From: Octopus sinensis
Taxonomy: Eukaryota
Reading direction: 5' to 3'
NCBI RefSeq assembly: GCF_006345805.1
Contig: NC_043003.1
Span: forward strand, 55,304,001-55,368,000
DNA length: 64,000 bases
A program made the translations under genes and the position numbers. The notes beneath the pieces were generated by a model. It was not told where the DNA came from and made no database searches. It saw only the letters and a list, made by a program, of their open reading frames with translations. The stretch's first letter is position 1, and every line of letters starts with the position of its first letter. This document shows positions 1-14,528 of this stretch, in pieces.

Positions 1-1104
1 TTTCACCTAAACACTTACGTTCATGGATCTATGCAATATTGCACCTTTGGTTTCTATAACTTCGGAAAGTTGAACCATGAACTTTTATGCTCCTTTTACT
101 TCTCTCTTTCCATCTTCTTATTCTTTTACTCCTTTCCTCCATGCTGTCATCTTATTGATATATGCCATTCTCATTTTCCATATCTTCTCCCCTATTTGTC
201 TCTGATAACGGAATATCCCATACTCGGTGATATCAAAGCAACAACTGTAAGATTTGGAATTTCTTCCCCTTCCTATAATTATATCGTATATCGTATATGA
301 CTTGAGATATTTGCAATGCTTTAATGTTTGACGTCCTGTTTAACTATTATATATATATAAAGAGAGAGAGAGTAAGAGAGAGAGAGAGAGAGTGGTAGAT
401 AAATAGGTACAGATATATGGAGAGTGAGAGAGAGAGTCAACAGATAAAATACTGTGATGTTCAATATAGAAAACACTATATTCCCTCTCATATATTTCTA
501 CATGCATCAGTAATCCGTGTCAACCCGCCTTCATTCTTCGAATTCCCCTTCAACACCCTACTAATATCTATAACTGCATCATTTCCCACTCTTTAAGACC
601 CACCATCCTCCGTCGTCTCACTATTTCAATTTCCCTTAGTTCTATGGCTTCACCATGTCTAACTATCAACATCTCTACTTAAACCAAACGATAACGACCA
701 CCCTTCAAAATATTGCCCATTACATCACTCTCACATATCTCTCAACTCTCCATTTCAACTTCTTTCAATACACCGATCTCACATTCCCTCCAACATCCAG
801 ATATGCCTCTCTTATCACTTTATCCCTTCCTCTTCTTCAACAATCCCAACATATCCATCAAGCGACTTGCTTGCTCTCTCCACTACTGCTTACCTACCTG
901 TTCGCCCATTCTACCTTTAAATTTCCTTGCATTGGGACTTGAAATGTAAAGTTTTTTTTTAGATCCTGAATATGGGCACCTAAAACTAACTAATGACTAT
1001 TTGCTTCCATTGCCAGACCTGTAATACCATATATTAGCCCCCTAAATTTTATGATTGTTTGTATTTCGTGTAAGTTGCTGTGGTAATATAGAAATATCTA
1101 CATG

Positions 1105-1700
1105 CAGTAGAATCTCATAGTACTAGTGCATCATTGTACGAGTAGTTCTCTCGTGCAAAATTTTGTCTTGAAGTACGAGCAGAAATCTGCAGTACGAGCG
1201 AGTTTCATACAAGCGACTGCTAGTCGGTGCTGAGCTCGCTCACACTATCCCAACAGGCAGCTTCCCTGTTGTTTTTTTTCAGTGTTTTGTTTAGCTTTGT
1301 GCATTTTTCGCTAATGTTTTATAACTATTGCGTTAGTCATGGGTCCTAAGAAGGTTAATATAAACGAGAGTGCTGAGAAGAAGAGAATATTGCGATAGAA
1401 TTGAAAAAGTAAATAATTGATAAACATTTGAGAGGTGTGCTCGTAGTGGACATAATACTTCAATACGACCGAAGTACGTCATCGATCTGCACCATCATGA
1501 ATAAAAAAAGATGAGATCAAGGCCGTTACAACAGCAAATGTTATCTCTAGGTTCTCTATGCAATGCACACCTGTCCACGAAAGGATGGTAAAATTGCTTT
1601 TCCTGTGGATCAACTAGAAGCAACTCGCAAGCGGATACGACCATCATCAACTTCAATTACTGCTCCCCATTTGCTTGGCAGACGGTCAGACCGTCATTTA
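1105..1700 (+). mobile_element. Tigger/pogo (TcMar) DNA transposon remnant with frameshifted N-terminal transposase (HTH_psq and CENP-B-type HTH)
   Basis: The ATG at 1339 reads MGPKKVNINESAEKKR. After a frameshift it continues AIELKK*IIDKHLRGVLVVDIILQYDRSTSSICTIMNKK, then VHERMVKLLFLWIN*KQLA. These match the two HTH motifs of Tigger-type transposases. A TIR-like CAGTAGAATCTC starts at 1105. The right boundary is approximate. Confidence 0.75.
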
Positions 1701-1838
1701 AAGTTGTTTTTGTTGAATAAAATTTGTTGAAAAAAAAGCTGCAATAATTATACACCCACCCAATAATTCACACACACACAGATACTCGCACACATACACA
1801 CACACACACATACACACACACACATACACACACACACA

Positions 1839-1958
<120 letters not shown>

Positions 1959-2784
1959 AACGGGCTTTCACAGGTTTCTGTCTGCCAAACTTATTCACAA
2001 TGCCTTGATGGTCCCAGAGCTATAGTAGAAGACACTTGCCCATGGTGCTCCACATTATGACTGAACCCGAAATCATTGTGGATGTGAGCTGGTTAACCAC
2101 GCAGCCGTGCCTTTGCTATGTTCAGTAAGCTAAACAAACCACTACATAGCCGCTATATCTGCAAGAAATAACCGGTGTATTCACTTCAACTCAAACATCA
2201 CAATGTAACATAAAATAAAAATAAAGCAAGACATATCGTCAAAATTGAATAAATTGTGAGATACAGCATGTCTGACCAAAACGACAGGACAGTTCATGAT
2301 GGAACGCTTTTGAACATACGTCTGCTCAAACAAACCTGACCTACGGCAAAACAATATGAACGTCACTTTAGAAGTGAATGAATACGTACCAATCCAGAAC
2401 TAAGGTCGATTAAATCGAATGCGTTGTACCGATTGGCTGCCAATATTTGTAGCTTTGAAAAACTATTATTTAGAGCCATTGGAAATAGTTAATGTAAAAT
2501 AACTTGAGACAAAAAGAAGCTCACTATCCATCTAACCATCCATCTATTTACAAATCTCTCTCTAACTATCAATCTATCTATCTATATATCTATCTATATT
2601 TATGTATATCTATATATAAATGCACGCACGCACCCCCGACCCACGCACACAGGCACACATGCAAGGAAATTTAAAAAGCCGTGTCTTTGTGAAGAGAGAA
2701 CTAAGCATTTAGATTTGCTGGATATATATATATATATATATATTATAAATAGATATATATATATATATAGATACATTTATGTAA

Positions 2785-2849
<65 letters not shown>

Positions 2850-3731
2850 TGTATATTTTTATCAATATCTGAATTTGTGTACGGGTTTATGCGCGTGTAA
2901 CTGCGTATGTGTATGTGAGCGTTAAAATCATGTGGCAACAATAAAACTAGAAACGGTAAATTCATGTTGGCTAGTCGACGAGAAAAGAATATTAAGGAGA
3001 AAAATCCTGCAGCGTCAAAATTCGATGTTGCCAACACGAATAAAACGCGTAAAGTAAAACTGCATCAAGAATCAACTGAACAGCGGATCAAAAGAACATG
3101 ATATAATATCGAGGGCTAGCGGGGTTCTTGATCGCTGCATTAGATCAAAGGAAGGCCCTACTGTCTGTTAAAAGTTTTAGAGTTATTTAATTCTTTATTT
3201 TGTTTCAGGTAAGACCATGCTGCATCACAGACAAATTGTGAAGTTGATATATAATATATAAAATATATAGGAGTTCTACTCTAAACGCTTGTTCCTCTTT
3301 ACACTCTGTTTTATTATTTTGGCGATGTTACGACAGTCGAATCACTCACAAATTATGCTTCATGATATTACTAAATGCAGGAACGCATTAGATTATTGCT
3401 TTTCAATTTTTACGATCAGGAGATCAAATGATATTTACCGGCTTACGTCGCATTGATTTTTTTTCATTATTTTTTAATTACTGACATATTCTGCATGGAA
3501 AATTAAAAAGAAATGTAAATTAAAACATTTAGAGATCATAGAAAAAAAAATTACTTAGCTAGTTTTATTTTTATATCAGTTTATAAAATATTATAACACG
3601 AGTATGCGATTAAAAATGCTTTAGATTAAAATCGCCATCTGTTTTTGAAACTAAATGTATATACGCCGTCACAAGGCATGAATCTGTGAAATTATGAGGT
3701 AGAATCTCTTCATCAGCTTGTATTAAAAGCA

Positions 3732-3767
<36 letters not shown>

Positions 3768-4014
3768 CGAGTGAGAGAGAGAGAGAGAGAGAGAGTAATA
3801 CTTTTCTTATGACACACATAGAACGCATATTTATATTTATGGGAGTGTGACGAACATCATCACCTCTTTAACTTACAAGAACGAGAGGCGTGTTTCACTT
3901 TTTCAAGGGTTATTAGTTCCATGCACTCGACTGTTATCAGTTTAAATAAGATTCGTGGTTCGATATATATGCATACATGCTTCTAATTTTTCTGATTTAC
4001 TTTCATCTCTGCAG

Positions 4015-4121
4015 GTACGCGGACATTAATTTAGACTATGCATCCATCGCCATAGATCTTTATAAAATACAAAACGGATTAAGAAACGAAATGATAGTAG
4101 GGCATTTTTACGCCATTGGAT
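4015..4121 (+). CDS. Candidate internal coding exon of an unidentified host gene (YADINLDYASIAIDLYKIQNGLRNEMIVGHFYAIG)
   Basis: Branch-like CTAAT at 3983, a pyrimidine tract and CTGCAG acceptor (AG 4013-4014), and a GTAAGT donor at 4122. The exon is 107 nt, with 35 open codons between phase-2 and phase-1 introns. No homology recognised. Confidence 0.45.
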
Positions 4122-4519
4122 GTAAGTAACAAAAGCTTGTAGAACACCTTTGCCATTCTCTCGATTATGATAGTAGGTTCCAGTGACACGAATTGCAAGA
4201 TTAAACTGCAAGTTTTAAGTCAGAGTATCTTTCTCCTCGAAAAGCTACCTTGCACACGGCTTTGTCAAATAGGCATCTCCTCTGGCCTTGGTAAATCAAA
4301 TTAACCAATTGGGGCGACCATACAAGATCCTATCATTCCACTTCAGAAAGTAATGGTAATTATGCGATGATACCAAGGTCCTGACGACTCCAGAAAACTC
4401 TAACGCTTGTATCCTCACTTAATGCAGTTTAACGTCATTCCTTGATACCCACCAACATACGCACATGCATACACACGCACATATACATACACATGTGTGT
4501 ATATATATTTGTGTGTGTT

Positions 4520-5270
4520 CGTTAGTTAGTTAGTTAGTTAGTTAGTTAATTTTGGCTCAAAAGCAAATAGCAAGGCCATGTAGGGGGACATGGAGTTAAG
4601 TACAGGGTGGTGTTCATGTAAAGAGTTCAGGCCACTTGAGGTCAAGGGAGACTTTGAACAAAGTGGCCGTCGGCATCTTCACCATCTCGTCTGGCAGCTT
4701 GTTCCACGGATCCGCAACCCGGACGGAGAAAGCTCCTCTCCTTCGATTGAGATGAAATTGTCGCAGGTAGAGCATTTCGGAATGACCCCGCAGCCGACGC
4801 TCTGGAGCAAGAGTGAAGAACAGCTCTTTCGAGAGGTTACACTTTCCGCTTATGATGTTGTGAGCGAGAATGAGATCACCACGGCGGCGGCGTTTTTTTA
4901 GAGAATAAAGGTCGAGCGTCCTCAGCCTTTCTTCATAAGACAAATTTTTGAGACCATGAACCATGCGGGTAGACAGCTTCTGGACTCTTTCGAGATGCTG
5001 TATGTCTTTGAGGAGATAAGGAGAAGAGGCTTGAATCCCGTACTCCAATATGGGTCTCACCAGCGTGACATAGAGTGGTAGGAATATGGCTGCTGTGAGC
5101 ATTCCGAATGACCGTCGAATCAAGAACAGAATTCCGCGTGCTTTGTTGGCAGCATGGACGCACTGGGCCGAAGGCGAAAAGGAGGAATCCACCAAGATAC
5201 CCAGGTCCTTTACCTGATCGGTCCTCTCCAGCAGCAGACGACCCGGCTCGAAATCAAGTTGAGTTGCAAG
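4520..5270 (-). mobile_element. 5'-truncated CR1-clade LINE (ORF2 C-terminal region) with (TAAC)n tail
   Basis: ORF 4614..5291(-) contains VKDLGILVD...LYVTLVRPILEY...IQHLERVQKLSTRMVHGLKNLSYEERLRTLDLYSLKKRRRRGDLI...FSVRVADPWNKLP, typical of the post-RT region of CR1/L2 elements. The 3' UTR ends in TAAC repeats (GTTA on + strand, about 4520-4548). Confidence 0.9.
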
Positions 5271-5339
5271 GCACACACATACACCACACACACATATACA
5301 TATATAGAGAGAGAAAGAAGAGAGTAGATAGTCAGGCAG

Positions 5340-5495
<156 letters not shown>

Positions 5496-6252
5496 GACAG
5501 TGACTACTTCAATAATACAGTACTATAAATATATTATTCATTAATGTATTATTAGCAGCATTAGTGTTTATTATCAGACGCTTGCTCGTTCTAGAAAGAA
5601 ACGTGTTGTACACGACAGAAGCAGAATTGAATTACATTCGCCAAATACCGCAGTGACTGTGCTGTTTCAGTTGCGGGAACAGTCAGGAAAGTTTCCGCAA
5701 AACCAGTGAACAAGTCTATCAGGTGATTTTATCTTAAACAATTACACAGCTTCATGCCATTTAACAGCGTGTATACCTTTACTATGATACACATACGCGA
5801 TTGTAGGGATTGTGGTGCCTTAAATTACAGTTACAAAATTTCATATCTCATTTCGCTACCTGCTCCGAGTAATAAATATTAATATCCAAATGTGACCAGG
5901 TATGATGTTAGATCATGACTGTATTTGGTTTAATTCAAGCACAACAATAATAGCAAAACGCAGCAATACAAATATCAATGTTGGTATCGCACCTTCATCT
6001 AAAATAAAGCAAAAGTGTAGACCTGAGGTTATTTTTTTAGAAATAAGAAATAAATGATTATATAAATATTTGGGACAGACATCCATAATTGCGTGTTTAC
6101 TAATTATTATTATTAAATTTATTCTATTTTGTGATTTGAGTCAACATAGATTACAGTTTAATAACTATTCCGCAATCGCTTTTTTCCCTGATTTTGCGCT
6201 GCATACATGTCCTTAGTCACAGTCTGTGGAAGTTTTTTTCTTTTTCTTCCAG

Positions 6253-6320
6253 GCATCACAAAGATGATGTCCCGGATAAGAATCAATTACGAACTATATC
6301 AACAGTCGGCGAGAATGTGA
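6253..6320 (+). CDS. Candidate terminal coding exon (C-ITKMMSRIRINYELYQQSARM*)
   Basis: Strong acceptor TTTTTTTCTTTTTCTTCCAG (AG 6251-6252). The phase is compatible with exon 4015-4121. TGA at 6318-6320 and AATAAA at 6495-6500. Confidence 0.3.
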
Positions 6321-6962
6321 AAACAATGATCACTGCAATATTTCCTGATTTATTTCTGTTTTTTCACCGATGGCGATATGTTTGCCCATGAACTAGCTGC
6401 TTTGGTTAAAGCTGTTAAAAAACCTTTTTAATACAAACGAACGAAACAGCAGAAGTCGATCAAAATAGTGGACACTTGTGGTTATCAATGACAGAATAAA
6501 AGACAGCAAATAGCACTTAGATCATTAATTTTATATGATTTAAGACCTATAGTGTATACTGAGTGATAAACATTTCAATTTCCACAAATGATTATTCAAT
6601 GTCTTACGTAATAGACAATCTGTTGAAATAATCTGAAATAATCCGAGAAGAAAAAATCTGCTAATTAAAATATACTATGTGAAGATTAAACATGAAACGA
6701 TAGTCGAAATTATATTTACGCTGGTAATGATAAAGTATGATACAATACAAATATACAAGCAATAACTTAGGAATTAATGTATAATACACACATTAGTGGT
6801 TATATGTTTCTAAGTTTGTATTCATTGACTCGTTCATTTGTGTGGGTATGTACGTGTCCCTGTGTGCGTATGTCCTCAGAGCGTTCATGCGTACGTCAGT
6901 TTATCTAAATATAAATACACCACGTATAATTATATTCATACAGGTGTGTGTATATGTATATG

Positions 6963-7063
<101 letters not shown>

Positions 7064-7109
7064 CACACGCACACACCTGTATGAACAAAAGAATAACGTA
7101 TACGTATAT

Positions 7110-7325
7110 ATAAAGGCGATTTTTTTTAGTCATTTTACTGCGGCCATGCTGGAAAAACCGCCTTTAGTCGAACACATCGACCCCAGGCCATATTCTTTAT
7201 AAGCCTAGTACTTATTCTACCGTGCACTTTTGTCGAACCGCTATGTTACAGGGACGTAAACACAACATCGGTTGCCAAGTGATGATGGGCTACCAACACA
7301 GACACACACACATGGTCTCTCTCTC
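7110..7325 (-). mobile_element. SINE family A, 3' half
   Basis: Reverse complement of the tail seen at 32280-32490 (…GGGGTCGATGTGTTCGACTAAAGGCGGT…CAGCATGGCCGCAG). Confidence 0.75.
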
Positions 7326-7800
7326 TCTCACTTTCTCCTCATCCCTCACCCTCTTGTACTGCCTTATATCCCTCCCCACCACTACACACACAATAACACT
7401 ATAGAATGGTCAATACCTTTTACACAGGAACTTAGTTCGATTTGAAAACCCCACTAGAATGGGAGAAAGTACTAATACATGATCTAACTTATATGATGTA
7501 CAAAACATGTAATATACAAATACATATTTGCAAATATAAAACCATCCGAATTTCTGAGTACCTCATTTCTTCTAATATATAAACACATATATATATATAT
7601 ATATATATATGGGGCGACCAGATTGGAGCAATCTCGAGTGTAACCAGCCGAAACTGCAAAGGTGATCTGGAACTCGACTAAGGATAGGAAGCTCCGAGTG
7701 ACCCGTCCTTGTTTTTTCCTGTCCCTTTTTGTATCGTCTAAATGCTCGGATGTTTTGTTGTCGCCTGTTACCTTCTTGTTCCATTTTTTGTTTCCATTTT

Positions 7801-7847
<47 letters not shown>

Positions 7848-7849
7848 TA

Positions 7850-7900
<51 letters not shown>

Positions 7901-8459
7901 GATATATATATACGTGCGTGTGCTTGTTTGTGTGTCTGTGTGTGTGCATGAGTACATGTAAATATATGTCAAAGTTTTTAAACATATATAGATAGAGATA
8001 GAGAAGAGAGATAAAACGTCAAGTAATTTTCATATAATCTACTGAAGACTACATATATTACGTAAGTAAGCTTAATTTATGTGATTTCACAAGAATGACG
8101 CAATCTCAGTTGTTATTGTTAAGTGTTTCAAAATCATCCAAATTAACACAAAGCTGTTGAATTGATTTTCATCAATTGTTGAGAATCTGCCTCACTTAAT
8201 TTATGCTGAGCTTGTAGCGCATTTGCGCGCATATATTCAGATTATTTTATTTATTGTTTTATCATTCTACTCGTGTCAGTCACTGGAGTGCAGCCTGACT
8301 GGGGACCGACTTGAAGCTTTTAGTCGACGATTTCGATTTATTCCGAATGACCATTCCTTTTGTAATCATTGCACTGAAATATACATATATTTCATGTATT
8401 GTAATTAATTTCTGAAAGAGAGTTGCAGCATGCTTTTATTAAAAATAAGTTTACAAAAG

Positions 8460-9210
8460 TCAAAATTCTTCGGGAAAATCAAGAATTATATCTGTTGGTT
8501 TTGTGAAAGTGTTTGATAGAATGAACAGAAATGCAATATTATATGCCTTATTGCATAACGGTGGCCCAGAAGAGATTGAAAATGATGTTACGGCAGTGTC
8601 TTCAAACCACCAAGCATTAAGCGGTAAATTAAATTTCCACCAATTCAAGGTACCATTACAAGGAACACCCTAACACTTTTATCTTTGGGATTATATAAAG
8701 AATTACATAACTCCATTTCAGAAGCACGTTTCAACATCAAACTTAGAAGGACCAATACGTCAACAGAGTCGGTATCTTTTTGGTTTTGACTGTATCGATC
8801 GACTTTCTCCCATAGCTCTTGAACTGCATGATTGCAAAATTGCCTGTGATTACAAGAGAATGTTGCAGTACAGATCCAGACTTTTCTCAGTGCAAGAACT
8901 ACTAAGTGTATGGCCATTTATTAGGAACAAATTCTCCTGGTGAAATGTTCAGGGTGGCACAGTATTTAATGAGATATGTGGCTTCAGTAATCAGAGGTTG
9001 TGAGCTGTTGACAATAAGACATTTTTTGCCGTAGGTTATATTTAACACTGTGAAAAGTCTCGGAGAAATTTATTAATGGACATTCCTTTGTCTCTTGTCC
9101 GTACTATTTTTCTTACTGCTGAGCAATAAATGATACAAATCCAATGTATTTCTGCAATTCATTTAGATGGTTCATCAGCTAAACAATGTTTGAAAAGCGA
9201 CAATGAGTCT
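8460..9210 (+). mobile_element. Degraded RTE-clade LINE reverse transcriptase remnant
   Basis: Conceptual translation across frameshifts gives VGFVKVFDRMNRNAILYALLHNGGPEEI (like DFxKAFDSVxRxxLxxxLxxxGxP), QG(D)TL, SARTTKCMAI (like NAKKTKCM) and LDG motifs in the expected RT order. Confidence 0.6.
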
Positions 9211-10713
9211 TTCTCATTAAATTACTTGTTTATTAAATTATTAAATTTTCGAGTACCTCAAATATTAATGTAATAATCATGCTGAAGCTGCGTGTCACAA
9301 AGTGAATGAAACAATTCACCCGTAGCAGTACCGTAAATTTTCCTCAGTTTTCCCTATATAAACAACTGTAAGTCAACTCGAGTTTGCAAAATACTCTAAG
9401 CTATAATGCTTTGCGGTGAGACACATTTCGAACTTGGGAATTATGAATCATACTTCTGAACTAGTCGGCTATGCTGCCTTCATAAATGATCAGATAAACA
9501 CATGAACGTTTGTCAATTTTTTCTTTTAGGCTCTAAAATTAGTTTGTGCTGATATGCACAAAATTTATATTCTAATATATATAAAGTATATGATTTTGAG
9601 GTTCATATATTCGTTTGTAATATTGTGCACCCTATATTTTGTGAGGATTATAATTGTGCTTATGTGAAGTGCACAACTATAATTTTTATGCAGAGACCCC
9701 AAGATTTGTAGGCTTATATTACAGTAGATAATAGCATCAAAATTAATAATTGTTTAAGCGTTACTAATTAATTAATCTTAGAGCCAAAACTGCCGCATTC
9801 ATGGAAGCCAGTGTGCATGATTTACTAAAACCACTCATATACTGGACATAAATACTAAGTTACCATCACCAGTAATACGATATTAATCTATTGCTTCAGA
9901 GATCATAGAGACGACAGAACATATTCCAGTTGATTACTATTTTCCCATGAGAACGAAATTGCATACAAAACATAGAAAGACAGCTATCTACGACAGCAGT
10001 GTTCGTAAGGATCTTTATTTAATTTACATCCACATTGGCAGTTGAAAAAGTTACAGTTTCTTGCTAAATACACACATAACTCCCAGACATGCGCACACTT
10101 ATACGAGTACAACTTTATTCCAAAGAGTCAGAATAATATAAACAGGCAGGAGAAATACATGCAACGCGTTTTAATATAAAATGCATCGTTTTGTTTTCTC
10201 TGATGTAATATCAGTCACGGGCTATTTGTACATTTCCTATGGCTTTCATTGACTGTCAACATGATTCAATGATATACATTCGTATATTTACCATTTTCAT
10301 TTGTCAATCTATAAACACATATACATAGATACATACATAGGTATAAACATATATATGTGTGTATGTATGTATGATATCTATATGAGTGCATGTATATGCA
10401 TGTATGTATATATATATATATATATATATAAACTTATATGAACAGACACACACATACACACACACGCACATATACACGCGTGCACACACAATAATATTCA
10501 TATAAATTTTTCTCCATATATATTCATATATATTTGTTCAGGGGTTCGCTTCATGGGTATTTCCTGTTTTCTTCACGATTAGCGTATAAGTTTATTTCGT
10601 TCGGATTGTTTGAAACATAATCGCCATGATTAGGTGTGTGTGGATTGTATGGATAATGGTTTGTAATTTGGAACAAAAAAAAAACTGTAAACAAAGCTTA
10701 AATGAAATATATA

Positions 10714-10746
<33 letters not shown>

Positions 10747-11364
10747 GTGTGTGTTTGCATGTATTTATGTATGTATGTATTGATATATATATATACAGGG
10801 ATGAATGTTTATCGGACACTATTGTGTAAACGAAAAGGGATGAAGAAAAAGGGAGACAACACAGGGGAAGCGGTAGTGTGCACAATAAACAATCCCATCC
10901 TGTATATGAATAAACGAACGCTCGCTCACATGTACGTTTGTGAATAATATTTCATGCGAATTCTTAATAACCTTGCATTTAATCTTGCTATGCAAATATT
11001 CTGTGTAGTTAAACCGCTGAGTTCTCTCCAGAGATCTGAACATCGAACAATCTCGATGATTTTATCCGATCGTTATCAGAATGTGAAGGATGTTTTATTC
11101 ATCAGCTCTAGAGAGTGCGACAGTGGTTTACATTTGCTTATAATATGCGCTGAGCAACCGCTGCTGCTTTTCCTAGTGAGCATATCATTACATCCGTGGT
11201 TGTTGCAGATTAATTAAGGAAGCTGCTGATAAATTAGTACTGTGAATGACTTTATAATTGGATTTACATGCGTAAAAAAATACTTCGTCTTCCTATGAAA
11301 ATTTGTCCTGTGGTTAAACGATATTTTGATGTACAAAATCGTAAAATAATCAGTGAGATACGTA

Positions 11365-11935
11365 AGGCGGCGAGCTGCCAGAACCGTTAGCACCCCGGGC
11401 GAAATGCTTAGCGGTACTTCGTCGGCCTGAGTTCAAATTCCGCCGAGGTCGAATGTGCCTTTCATCCTTTCGGGGTCGATAAATTAAGTACCAGTTACGC
11501 ACTGGGGTCGATATAATCGACTTAATCCGTTTGTCTGTCCTTGTTTGTCCTCTCTGTGTTTAGCCCCTTGTGGGTAGTAAAGAAATAGGTATTTCGTCTG
11601 CCGTTACGTTTTGAGTTCAAATTCCGCCTAGGTTGACTTTGCCTTTCATCATTTCGGGATCGATTAAATAAGTACCAGTTACGAACTGGTGTCGATATGA
11701 TCGACTTATTCCGTTTGTCTGTCCTTGTTTGTGCTCTCTGTGTTTAGCCCCTTGTGGGTACTAAAGAAATAGATATTTTGTCTGTCTTTACGTTCCGAGT
11801 TCAAATTCCGCCGAAGTCAACTTTTCCTTCCCTTGTTTCGGTGTTGATGAATTAAGTATGTGTTGCGTACTGAGGTCGATCTATGTGACTACTCCCCTCC
11901 TCCAAAATTTCGGGCCTTGTCCCTTGAGTAGAAGA
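11365..11935 (+). mobile_element. SINE family B, head-to-tail trimer (184-bp period)
   Basis: tRNA-like head GGCGGCGAGCTG…GTTAGC. The B-box-like GAGTTCAAATTCCGCC occurs at 11429, 11613 and 11797. A monomer of the same family lies at 54120-54345. Confidence 0.85.
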
Positions 11936-12074
11936 GAATGAGTGAGTTAGGTTTAATTTTTCATGAGTGTTTTAATATTGAAAATTTTGTATACTCACGT
12001 AAGGCACAGTAGGATACCTACACGTAGATACGAATAAACCGACACACTTTTGTACTAGGGTCTCTATGGCATAT

Positions 12075-12284
12075 TCTTTTATTCGTTTGCTTGTTTCAGT
12101 CATTTGCGTGTGGCCATCCTGGAACACCGCCTGTACTGGAACAAATCGATCAGAAACTAGTGCTTACTCCTTCTGTATCATATGTTAAACCGCTAAACGG
12201 GGACACCAGCATCGGTTGTCAAGCGATGGTAGGGGGACAAACACAGAAACACACTCAAATATATGCATACAAACATACATACGT

Positions 12285-12360
<76 letters not shown>

Positions 12361-12412
12361 GTGTATATGCAGTAGGACTGAATCCGGAACCATGTGGTTG
12401 GGAAGCAAGCTG
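12075..12412 (-). mobile_element. SINE family A, near full length with internal (CA)n(AT)n
   Basis: Reverse complement of the 32065-32490 copy: head …AGCTTGCTTCCCAACCACATGGTTCCGGATTCAGTCC and tail …GACAACCGATGCTGGTGT…. Confidence 0.8.
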
Positions 12413-13318
12413 CTTTATTTCTATTTAGTGGTGTGAACAATACTGACAACACGCATGCGCTTGAAGAAAGCACCTGTATTAAATTATATTAGCCATAAAG
12501 ACCTTATAGAGAGAAACAAAGCTGCGGGCTGGATATACGCATAATGTTATATGAAATGAAAAATTAAAATGATGATTAATGAAGGCAACAAGCGACGCCC
12601 GTCGATCGTTGTTTACCAGCGATCATTGATCTCTTATAATTTATTCATGAAGCAACAAACCTTTTACACTGAGTCAAAAGTATTGTAAAGGTTGCAAGGC
12701 GCAACGAAAATTTTTGGAAAATAAAAATAAGAAATAAGTGTAAATTTTACCGGTGAGTGTGTTAAATTATAAGGCACAAAATGAAAATGACTCTTTCTCC
12801 AGACACAACAGAACATGCTTCAACACACGGACTCACATAAAGAATCTTGCAAGCCAAATCAAAAGCGAAATATATATATATTATTAAATAAATATACTAA
12901 TCAATATACTTTGTATATTTTACGCTGGCTCCAATGGCGTAGCGGAGAATTTAACTCTCATGCTCCGGTGATAAAACACCCTAGAGCTGATTTATCACCA
13001 CCGACATTAGTAGATGTATTTAGTAATAGTTTTTGCACTAGAGTTGCGTTTACTGCATACATATATATATAAATATATATATACATGTACGTATGTGTTT
13101 ATGTAGTATGTGTACATGCGTGCGCATGTATTTGTATATTCTTTAGAAGATAAATTCCCGATTCTTCTATTCCATTTATTTTTCGCCCTGCATTGTCTAT
13201 GTATAATAACCAGTATTTAAAAAAAAATATTTCATTGTACATTTTGTAAAGAAAATATCCCAGTTCACTGTTAAGGTGACATGTTCGACGCGAAAGACCT
13301 GTGTTTTTACTGAGTGCG

Positions 13319-13391
<73 letters not shown>

Positions 13392-14463
13392 GCAAATATG
13401 GATATACTTACAGGGTGTCTATGGCTATATGTGATTATATAATACTAAAAAAGATGAAAACGAATATCTAATCACGTTGAGCAACGAAAACTCCACTTCG
13501 TGCTGTGATATGAACACGAACTTGGGACGTATTCCAAGAGTTGAAATAGGATTGAAAATCGATTAGCCCTAATAGAAGATGAAATATGAAAATCAGAATT
13601 AGCTGACAACAACTATAAGAAAAGAAACATCATACACCGCTTTGGAGTAACAATTGCACTGAATATAAAGAATTACAGTGAAAACGGAGAAACAAATCGA
13701 AGACAATCTAGACATAACGCTTACAGATTATTCTTGCTGCAAGCCTAGAGCTGATTGTAACTCAATATCGACTTTGATCTTTTATCATTCGCTGGTCGAT
13801 GATATAAGCATCTGTTAAGTTCTGGGGTCGATACATTCGACTATCTCCAGTTTAGCCAAAAGTTGTGTCATTGTACCTCCTATGTTAGAAATCGATATAT
13901 TTCTGATATTACAAAATATTCCTTGTTATTCTTGAAAACTTCCTCTTAGATGTACAAATGCATTCGGTACGAAGATATTCCTTCAATTTTTTGTTTTTCT
14001 TTTGTTCTTTTGAGCCTCTGGATAAGTGAAGTACGAACACGATGACTTTTGATGAGAATCGAAGTTTCCATTCCTCGGCATGGTGGTCCGAAAGCATCTA
14101 GGACTGCGTGTATTTGGTCATTCTCAAGTCTGTTCTGATGAAGCAGAGCAACGTTGAATGCTGATCCAATCAAATCCGCGACTGGAAATGAAGCAAAATT
14201 TGTTTTCAATTTCCATTAGCTAGTTCGACTGATTGCATAAATGACTTATGCATATTAATGAAAACATGAAGCTATCAGATAATTAACAATCTAATAATGG
14301 CATAGATATATACACATACACACAACCAGACACACGCGTACGCGCGTGGAATCATTTGAACACACACACCTATATATATATATATATACATATAAATGTA
14401 TGTAAACACATATTCATACACACACACACAAACATTATATATTTATAATATATATATATATAT

Positions 14464-14528
<65 letters not shown>

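Noticed and set aside
11429-11935. Regularly spaced repeats as a CRISPR array
   Set aside because: Whole 184-bp units repeat with no unique spacers; the context is eukaryotic and there are no cas genes.
12967-12999. 9-bp inverted repeat GGTGATAAA/TTTATCACC
   Set aside because: Short enough to occur by chance in 64 kb; no other supporting context.
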